From IMG/VR virus record IMGVR_UViG_3300042402_002590, positions 1 through 24,146 of that record: a DNA stretch of 24,146 nucleotides; one strand, written 5' to 3'. This stretch comes from a virus (Duplodnaviria; Caudoviricetes). This document shows, one piece after another, positions 18,513-24,146 of the stretch (within the stretch, counting starts at the first letter, position 1; each line of letters opens with the position of its first letter). The notes beneath the pieces are model-generated. The model saw only the letters and a program-made list of their open reading frames with translations, did not search any database and had not been told where the DNA came from. The translations under genes and the position numbers were made by a program.

Positions 18513-19219
18513 TATTTTGTATTTATGTAACTGTTTGCGAATTCTTCACTTTTTGCCCTTTCAATCAAATATTCAGGAGCATAATCCCAAATCAAATCGT
18601 AGGTTTGCTTTCTTGAACGAGTCCTTTTAAACACTTCATGAGCCAAAGAAACCCAAGTGAATAAGTGCTTTGAACCATCACTATAACATGAAGGAAAAGG
18701 CAAATTGTTTTCTTTAATGTAGTCCCAAACGTCCTGCAGAGTCCAATCTAAAATCGGGTGAACCTGTATAGCCTTTAAACTTTTCTTAAAGTATATCGGA
18801 GCAGGAATAGTGTTCTCTTGCTTCCTTCGGCCAAATAGCATAAGCCCTGCATCTGTTTTTTTCGCAAACTCGGGAATTGCTTTCCAATGTCTTTCTTTGT
18901 CAAGTGTTGAAGGTCTCCAAGTTGGATTGCAAATTTCAAGGTCCCAAATTTCAGAAAACTTTACAGGGTTTAACGTATTTGAGAAAGTTACATTATATCC
19001 ATAGTGGTCGGCCAAAAACCTAACTTCATTTTCTGTTTTTTTAGGCAAAAGGCTTAACTCACAAAATCCATCAACTAACCCGATTGTCTGCTTTGCTAAA
19101 TGACAAGCTATTAAACTGTCTTTGCCACCTGAAAACAAAAAGAATTTATGTCCTGCAGGTGCTTGTGATGCAGCTGTCTCAATTATTTTTCTTGCCGAGT
19201 AAATCTTTGACTTATCCAT
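18512..19219 (-). CDS. PAPS reductase family PP-loop protein (235 aa)
   Basis: FSGGKDS, GRRKQE, HPILDWTLQDVWDYIKENNLP. Lacks the CC/CxxC and C-terminal ECG motifs of true APS/PAPS reductases. Confidence 0.85.
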   Translation of the reverse strand: MDKSKIYSARKIIETAASQAPAGHKFFLFSGGKDSLIACHLAKQTIGLVDGFCELSLLPKKTENEVRFLADHYGYNVTFSNTLNPVKFSEIWDLEICNPTWRPSTLDKERHWKAIPEFAKKTDAGLMLFGRRKQENTIPAPIYFKKSLKAIQVHPILDWTLQDVWDYIKENNLPFPSCYSDGSKHLFTWVSLAHEVFKRTRSRKQTYDLIWDYAPEYLIERAKSEEFANSYINTK

Positions 19220-20022
19220 TACTTTGTCTTTATTGAATCAATATTTGCTGCCGAAACTCCGTCAACGATTGTTCTGTTAATCATAGGGTGATTCTCATCT
19301 TCTGCTCCAAAATCACTATCAGGGTGAAACGCGATTACGTCCATAGGTTCATCACTTGTGAAAAAACAATGATTTCCTACTTCGTACTTACCTCCGTCAA
19401 CTCCTGTGGCAAAAGAAACTCCGTCCCAACCTTTTATGACAAATATCATTCCCTGCTTTAACTCTAAATTACCAAATGGAGTAACACAAAGACCATTACC
19501 CTTTGCCACCACTCCGATTCTGTGACTCGGGTGGGTGTGAGGTGTTTGTTTAATGTCTTTTGGAAAGTGCAAATGATTGAAACAAGGGTCGCCTTTCTTA
19601 ACAGGATGTATCAATATACTATCAGTGCAACCGTCAATGTACTTTAATCTGCCCTCGTTCTCTATAGGTCCACCAACTGTAAACATAGCCTTAAAGTTAT
19701 TTGATGGATAAATACCTTTTGTGTGAAGCACCTCAATTAATATTGCCTTTCCGCAAAAAACGCTTTCAATCTCAAATTCGCCCGAAACTGAAAAGTACAT
19801 TCCATTTCCGACGTAAAGTTCAGGGAAGTTTGTTCCTTTTATTTTTAAAAGTCCTTTGTAAACATAGCCATAATAAGAGCAATCTTTATCCCCTTTTGGA
19901 AAAGAGTTACCTATCACATTGTAATACTTTATAGGATATTCTTTGTTTTTTGAATCATCAAATACTATCCCTGCTCTATCATTCCCAAAAGATATGAAAG
20001 CACTATTTTCGCTTCTTGTCAT
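19219..20022 (-). CDS. Cupin-fold protein (267 aa)
   Basis: HLHFP...QTPHTHPSHRIGVVAKGNG and a downstream HCFFT motif (cupin metal ligands). The N-terminal half also looks like a beta-barrel (YGYVYKG...GMYFS). Confidence 0.75.
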   Translation of the reverse strand: MTRSENSAFISFGNDRAGIVFDDSKNKEYPIKYYNVIGNSFPKGDKDCSYYGYVYKGLLKIKGTNFPELYVGNGMYFSVSGEFEIESVFCGKAILIEVLHTKGIYPSNNFKAMFTVGGPIENEGRLKYIDGCTDSILIHPVKKGDPCFNHLHFPKDIKQTPHTHPSHRIGVVAKGNGLCVTPFGNLELKQGMIFVIKGWDGVSFATGVDGGKYEVGNHCFFTSDEPMDVIAFHPDSDFGAEDENHPMINRTIVDGVSAANIDSIKTK

Positions 20023-20023
20023 T

Positions 20024-20638
20024 TTATTTTTTGTTATAAATTCTTATTAATTCCATTAACGCTTCCTCATGTTTTTCAAAAAGAAATTCATGCTTTATTT
20101 TATTCAATGTTTCCAAAAGCAAAACCTTGTTAGTGTTTATCATTATCAATTCAAATACTGAATAATTATCTGATGAGGCCGAGGGTTTGTTCTCTACAGG
20201 TGCTTTTGAATCCTCGAAATGGTCTTTCATGCTTAAGAAGTCATTGCTTCCTCCTTGATTAATGACGTATTCTTCGATTTCGTATTCTTCACAAATTGCG
20301 TTTGTGACGTCAGCGTCCATTACGATGTTTTCTTTGGCAATAATATTGTCTGACAAAGCCATTTCATAAAACTCCTTCGTGCCGGAGTGAATGTCGGTTC
20401 TTTTGACTGCGATTATTTCGGTGCCATCGGTTTCAATAATCCTCACTTTTGTGATACCTGCCTTCTCGGCTGTCTCGGTAACTCCATTACCTGCGATAAT
20501 CTCGTTGTCATTGCTTATCAAGATTGACCTTCCCAATCCATTTTTCTTGATTCCTTCTTCAAGCTTTCTCATTCCTGCAGGAGAATGAACGTTCGCATTT
20601 CTTTGATCGTGCTTCAAATCTTTTATTGAATTTTTCAT
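20024..20638 (-). CDS. ParB-like N-terminal domain protein
   Basis: IKDLKHDQRNANVH...LEEGIKKNGLGRSILISNDNEIIAGNG...ALSDN. ATG 20638 preferred because of its A-rich leader and upstream promoter box. Confidence 0.8.
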   Translation of the reverse strand: MKNSIKDLKHDQRNANVHSPAGMRKLEEGIKKNGLGRSILISNDNEIIAGNGVTETAEKAGITKVRIIETDGTEIIAVKRTDIHSGTKEFYEMALSDNIIAKENIVMDADVTNAICEEYEIEEYVINQGGSNDFLSMKDHFEDSKAPVENKPSASSDNYSVFELIMINTNKVLLLETLNKIKHEFLFEKHEEALMELIRIYNKK

Positions 20639-20652
20639 TTTTTTATTTTTGG

Positions 20653-20682
20653 CAAAAATAACCAAATATTTGAATCAACAAA
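20653..20682 (-). promoter_or_regulatory. Putative Bacteroidota -33/-7 promoter for the modification-packaging operon
   Basis: TTTG (20682-20679), an 18-nt spacer, then TATTTTTG (20660-20653), 14 nt before ATG 20638. Confidence 0.5.
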
Positions 20683-20683
20683 A

Positions 20684-20863
20684 TTAAGATTCAAGAAGGC
20701 TTTGAATATGGTCCTTGGTACTTGCTTTTATAAAGTCAATTCCGAGCGCTGAAACAGTGCTCTTTTTAACGTAGATGACAATTGCTTCTTTTTTATCAAC
20801 AACTGACTTCCTACCTGCATTAATTCTGCGACCTCCCTGTGTCTTTTTTTCTTTGATTTCCAT
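20684..20863 (-). CDS. Small putative DNA-binding protein (59 aa), not in the ORF track
   Basis: MEIKEKKTQGGRRINAGRKSVVDKKEAIVIYVKKSTVSALG... GGxRxxAGRK motif followed by a beta-strand and helices. A-rich leader. Confidence 0.75.
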   Translation of the reverse strand: MEIKEKKTQGGRRINAGRKSVVDKKEAIVIYVKKSTVSALGIDFIKASTKDHIQSLLES

Positions 20864-20877
20864 TTTTTTGAGTATTG

Positions 20878-20899
20878 AAAAAGGGAGTTTCCCCCCTTT
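20878..20899 (-). terminator. Rho-independent terminator ending the small-ORF cluster
   Basis: Minus strand AAAGGGGG-GAAA-CTCCCTTTTT: GAAA tetraloop, one G-U pair, U-tract. Confidence 0.75.
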
Positions 20900-20915
20900 A
20901 AATTATTTTTTAAAT

Positions 20916-21089
20916 TTATTTTGTGGCTTTCGCAAATCTTTCTTTATCGAAATTCGGGTTATCCTTTTTAAATGATATTGAAAGGTAACCTACTAAATAC
21001 GATGCAGCGTCGTTCCCATTTGTGATGCACTTTTCATTTCTTAATGATTTTAAGGCTTCTGCGATTAATTCAAAATGTTTCTTTGTCAT
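20916..21089 (-). CDS. Small phage protein (57 aa), not in the ORF track
   Basis: MTKKHFELIAEALKSL...FKKDNPNFDKERFAKATK, a pattern I recognise from small phage proteins. Preceded by the AAAACCAAACCAATG leader. Confidence 0.8.
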   Translation of the reverse strand: MTKKHFELIAEALKSLRNEKCITNGNDAASYLVGYLSISFKKDNPNFDKERFAKATK

Positions 21090-21108
21090 TGGTTTGGTTT
21101 TTTAGGGT

Positions 21109-21303
21109 TTATTTTTTATTAACTATCTCAAAATTTCTCCACCAACCACCTATTAAGTGGTTCTCTTTTAAATCATTCGTGGTCATGCATTCATATAGAC
21201 CTGCTCTGCTTGAAACCTCCTTATTTACGATATATTCGTTTCCTGCAGAAAAGCATTTGCCATTATTAAACATATCTTTTTTTGCTTTAATTTTAATGCT
21301 CAT
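21109..21303 (-). CDS. Hypothetical protein (64 aa)
   Basis: Co-oriented ORF that tiles with its neighbours. The CFSAGNEYIV...HLIGGWWRNFEI pattern suggests a small beta domain. Confidence 0.7.
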   Translation of the reverse strand: MSIKIKAKKDMFNNGKCFSAGNEYIVNKEVSSRAGLYECMTTNDLKENHLIGGWWRNFEIVNKK

Positions 21304-21311
21304 GATTTATA

Positions 21312-21710
21312 TTATATTACTGTTGATACTAAAACTCCTGTTCTCGTAAATAACTTTCTGTTTGCAGGACAATTATCGGCATAACCTTCTTGACCTTTAT
21401 CATTCTTGAATAAAAACTTCTCAACTGTTCCGTCCTCCCTGATAATCACTCTGCAAAATCCATTATTTGTTAACGAGCCACTAAAGGCACTAAATGTATT
21501 AAAAAAGTAAAGTCCGTCGCTTGTCCTGTAGGAAGCCCAAAATCTTGCATAGTCATAACCATTTCCTTTTTCGGTAACATAAAATTGAATGTCTTTACTT
21601 GCTGCATAGTTTAAAACTTGCTTTTTCCAAATTGCAGGATTGTAATCTTGCTCGGGACGGTTTAACATTTCTTCAACTGTAATCTTGGTAACTTTTAAAT
21701 TTGCGTTCAT
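21312..21710 (-). CDS. Hypothetical protein (132 aa)
   Basis: Co-oriented ORF with a doubled leader motif. No recognisable family. Confidence 0.8.
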   Translation of the reverse strand: MNANLKVTKITVEEMLNRPEQDYNPAIWKKQVLNYAASKDIQFYVTEKGNGYDYARFWASYRTSDGLYFFNTFSAFSGSLTNNGFCRVIIREDGTVEKFLFKNDKGQEGYADNCPANRKLFTRTGVLVSTVI

Positions 21711-21747
21711 TTGATTTGGTTTTATTGGTTTGGTTTTTAATTGTTAA

Positions 21748-21897
21748 TTATTCAACTATTACGCTGAAATTATCTTTGCCATTAAACATACCCCCTGCAA
21801 TATTAAACGCAAGTTCAAAATATTTTTGTTGCATTTTTATAGGACATGTAAATTGCTTAATTGTCTTTTTGTTTTTCAATATTTTTATAGTTACCAT
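21748..21897 (-). CDS. Small hypothetical protein (49 aa), not in the ORF track
   Basis: MVTIKILKNKKTIKQFTCPIKMQQKYFELAFNIAGGMFNGKDNFSVIVE, preceded by CTAAAACCAAACCAAATG. Confidence 0.65.
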   Translation of the reverse strand: MVTIKILKNKKTIKQFTCPIKMQQKYFELAFNIAGGMFNGKDNFSVIVE

Positions 21898-21988
21898 TTG
21901 GTTTGGTTTTAGTCGGTCAGCTATATTGCCTTCCGCTCTACAAAGAAGAGTATTCTACTTTGAATAAAAAAATTTTTTTTCAAAATAA

Positions 21989-22285
21989 TTAGAAATAATT
22001 TGTAAAGTGCTGCAAATCAGCCAAATATTTTTTTGGATAAATTATACCTTTTTGGTCTTGAAGGCAAAAAGCAATAAATCCGAGATTGTTTAATTCATCT
22101 ATTCTTGCCTCCTGCAAAGGTTTCAACGAGTCATTTTTTTCCTTGCACTCAATCCAAACTGACTTCCCCTGCTTCATACAAAGCAAATCGGGAAAGCCAT
22201 TGTCCGATAATCGTATAACCTTTAAGACTCTATAACCTTTTTCGGTCATGATCTTTTTTGTTTTAGTTTGGAAAGGTGATGCCAT
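21989..22285 (-). CDS. VRR-NUC domain nuclease (PD-(D/E)xK; likely Holliday junction resolvase)
   Basis: GFPDLL...WIECK...LKPLQ...LNNLGF. Adjacent to an SNF2-like helicase, a common pairing. Confidence 0.88.
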   Translation of the reverse strand: MASPFQTKTKKIMTEKGYRVLKVIRLSDNGFPDLLCMKQGKSVWIECKEKNDSLKPLQEARIDELNNLGFIAFCLQDQKGIIYPKKYLADLQHFTNYF

Positions 22286-23492
22286 ACTCTTTTATGAATA
22301 AATGTTTTGTGAAGTTTTTCTTTTTTTGTACTGTTTTGTAAATCTTTGGCTCAATACCGTCCTCTGAAAATATCCAATAAACGCTGTTTTCAAGCCTCTC
22401 CATCGTTGTTAACCTGTCGCGTGACTGCCAATAGCTAACCGCTGAAAAGTCAATGTTAAAGTAAACTAAACAATCGGCCTCCTTTAAAGATATACCTTCC
22501 CTCCCCGAAACTATTTGCAGAGCAATCCACTTATCTGACGTTTGGAACTCCTGCAGATTTTCGGTGACCTTTTCGCCCATAACCTGTTTTATGCATTCAA
22601 GCTCTGCGACAAACTTATAGAATATCGCAATCTTTTTGCCTTTAAAATAATCACGAATAAATACTCCTTTTGAGTCGTCAATAACCTGCCTCGTTCCATC
22701 ATCAAATTTTATAGTACCTGAATATAATTGATGCAATTTGCTCATTAACTTTGCACCTGTATCAGCGACTATTTCTTTTTCTTTGCCTCTTACAATAAAG
22801 TCAGATTTTAACGTATCAATTAACCTATAGGTTAACGGCTTCATCTTAACTTTTAGAATATTTTCAGCGACCATTGATTGAAATCCTGCTTCTTTTTGGG
22901 TGAACCTTATAATGTAATCGTTTATGACAGGCATAATCAATTCCTTAATGCCTCCCGAATAATCGTTGACTGTCGCGTATCCCAAATACTTTAGCTTTAT
23001 TGCTACATACCTATTCGCCCACTTATAAAAACTACCCTCGGTGAACGGAGAGTGGTTTGATACCCAAAATTGATGATACCATTGGGAATGACTTTCAGGT
23101 GTTGGAGTCCCTGACAAAAATATCATTGGGAGACGTCCGTACTTCTTTTTGAACATTGCTGCTCCTTTGCTCGGTTTTGGGAAAGCACCAAACCTGTGAT
23201 GCTCATCGTGTATCACAAGGTCATAATCACCTGTTTCTTTGTGTTGAGCCTCATCGTTTATAACTTTTAATGTATAGCTATGTCCCGATTTATTAAAGTC
23301 CTCTTGAATAGTTCCTATGGCTTTTTTCTTTGTCATGAATAAAACTGACTTGGCGCCAAACAGGTTCGCAATTTGGAGGGCTGTTAACGTCTTTCCGGTA
23401 CGAACCTCCATTGATAGATAAACTATTCTTTTTTGCTGCAGGACAAGGAGTGCACGATTTGATATTTCTATTTGATAGTCTCTTAATTGCAT
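22263..23492 (-). CDS. SF2/SNF2-like helicase (409 aa)
   Basis: LRDYQ (Q motif), RTGKT (Walker A), IHDEHH (Walker B), LSGTP (motif III), SGREGISL, QSRDRL. Confidence 0.92.
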   Translation of the reverse strand: MQLRDYQIEISNRALLVLQQKRIVYLSMEVRTGKTLTALQIANLFGAKSVLFMTKKKAIGTIQEDFNKSGHSYTLKVINDEAQHKETGDYDLVIHDEHHRFGAFPKPSKGAAMFKKKYGRLPMIFLSGTPTPESHSQWYHQFWVSNHSPFTEGSFYKWANRYVAIKLKYLGYATVNDYSGGIKELIMPVINDYIIRFTQKEAGFQSMVAENILKVKMKPLTYRLIDTLKSDFIVRGKEKEIVADTGAKLMSKLHQLYSGTIKFDDGTRQVIDDSKGVFIRDYFKGKKIAIFYKFVAELECIKQVMGEKVTENLQEFQTSDKWIALQIVSGREGISLKEADCLVYFNIDFSAVSYWQSRDRLTTMERLENSVYWIFSEDGIEPKIYKTVQKKKNFTKHLFIKEYGITFPN

Positions 23493-23503
23493 TTTGATTT
23501 GGT

Positions 23504-24146
23504 TTAAAATAAATCTTCTTCCTCTTTTGGGTCAGGAATAAATGCTCCCTTTTCGTATTTGCTTATTTCATAATACCTTCCAATCAATGGAGTATTCCCC
23601 TCTGAATAGTGATAACCATAATATTTGCAATATTCTTCAAGCCATTGTTTAAAACGCTTTTGCGATAACCACTTTTTCAAGTCAGCGTACTCCTCAATTA
23701 ATTGGTTGAATAGTTCGTTCTTGCTCATTCTCTGCTCGAAGGCAATTACATCATGATTCTTGGTCCACTCATAAAATTCGAATGACGTATTTTTTATAAA
23801 CTTTCTTGTTTCAATATTGTCAAAGTCTGCCTTAACCAATCCATTATTCAGGTAATATTGTGAACATTGAATCATGTAATTGTCAAACCTCGCCCACTCG
23901 GCCTCGTCCCACTCATCGAAAAGTAACTTACCGAATTCCATTAATGGAGTGTTTGCCTCGTTGAAATATCCACTTAATTCTACCTCAAACTTCCTGCGCT
24001 CAAAACTTCCTCCGACACCCCCTACAGTATAGTTTGTGGTTATGATTACTTTCGGTGACCTTTGCACAGGTAACTTTATTGCATCTTGACCTTTATATTC
24101 AATCGTTATACCTTCAGTGATCAATGAAAAAAGACGTTCAAAGTCA
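23504..24146 (-). CDS. Primase-associated helicase (SF3/D5-like), C-terminal part; 5' end outside the window
   Basis: The frame is open to the right edge (DFERLFSLITEGITIEYKG...). Motifs SPKVIITTNY and SFERRK, then a winged-helix-like C-terminus. The track's TTG start is an edge artefact. Confidence 0.8.
   Translation of the reverse strand, partial: DFERLFSLITEGITIEYKGQDAIKLPVQRSPKVIITTNYTVGGVGGSFERRKFEVELSGYFNEANTPLMEFGKLLFDEWDEAEWARFDNYMIQCSQYYLNNGLVKADFDNIETRKFIKNTSFEFYEWTKNHDVIAFEQRMSKNELFNQLIEEYADLKKWLSQKRFKQWLEEYCKYYGYHYSEGNTPLIGRYYEISKYEKGAFIPDPKEEEDLF

Larger units (their letters stand above)
21087..21911 (-). repeat. Dispersed AAAACCAAA(C/T)CAA leader motif before small-gene start codons
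   Basis: Copies end at ATG 21089, ATG 21710 (tandem double copy) and ATG 21897. A related AAACCAAATCAAAATG precedes the helicase ATG at 23492. Confidence 0.75.
1..24146 (-). mobile_element. Tailed bacteriophage genome segment (replication, putative DNA modification, packaging, head and tail modules), probable Bacteroidota host
   Basis: Co-oriented, densely packed terminase-portal-protease-capsid-neck-tail-tape measure genes. No host genes, integrase or att site in the window, so free phage and prophage cannot be distinguished. Confidence 0.97.

Noticed and set aside
17313-19219. Calling the PP-loop genes cysH (sulfate assimilation) or a complete Dnd/Ssp phosphorothioation system
   Set aside because: The catalytic Cys motifs of CysH are missing, and no DndA/D/E or SspA/B/C equivalents are visible in the window.
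433-21967. All plus-strand ORFs in the track (for example 433-621, 5826-6020, 10790-11044, 12978-13235, 21044-21349, 21701-21967)
   Set aside because: They are short antisense shadows of well-supported minus-strand genes, with low-complexity F/L/S composition and no motifs.
21905-21988. AT-rich imperfect inverted repeat (ttgaataaaaaaattttttttcaa) and a near -7 box (CTTCTTTG) as an origin, promoter or ncRNA
   Set aside because: It is probably the promoter region of the small-ORF cluster, but the box deviates from consensus and the palindrome is low complexity, so I could not support a specific call.
1-24146. tRNA, rRNA, CRISPR array, integrase/att sites, stop-codon reassignment
   Set aside because: Intergenic gaps are too short and show no such structures or regular repeats. 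Genes tile fully under the standard code, with TAA, TAG and TGA all used as stops.

Overview
The whole window is part of a tailed dsDNA phage (Caudoviricetes, HK97-type head, probably a long non-contractile tail). Every credible gene is on the minus strand. The host is probably in Bacteroidota: genes have A-rich leaders without Shine-Dalgarno motifs, and there are TAnnTTTG promoter boxes. In transcription order (right to left): primase-helicase (partial), SNF2-like helicase, VRR-NUC nuclease, small early ORFs, a tightly coupled six-gene cassette (ParB-like, cupin, PAPS-reductase-family PP-loop protein, IbrA-like, IbrB-like, GP88-like Cys protein), terminase small and large subunits, portal, an unannotated 28-aa ORF, prohead protease, a major capsid protein with a hydrophobic N-terminal extension, neck genes, major tail protein, tape measure and tail-tip genes. 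Main points of interest: (1) the cassette is a candidate packaging-linked DNA modification system of unknown chemistry; (2) by manual scan CCAG, CTGG and CTAG are absent from all 24 kb and CCGG survives only as CCGGA, while CTGCAG/CCTGCAGG is strongly enriched; (3) the capsid precursor has a membrane-anchor-like leader. All family assignments come from recognising motifs by eye, not from database searches.
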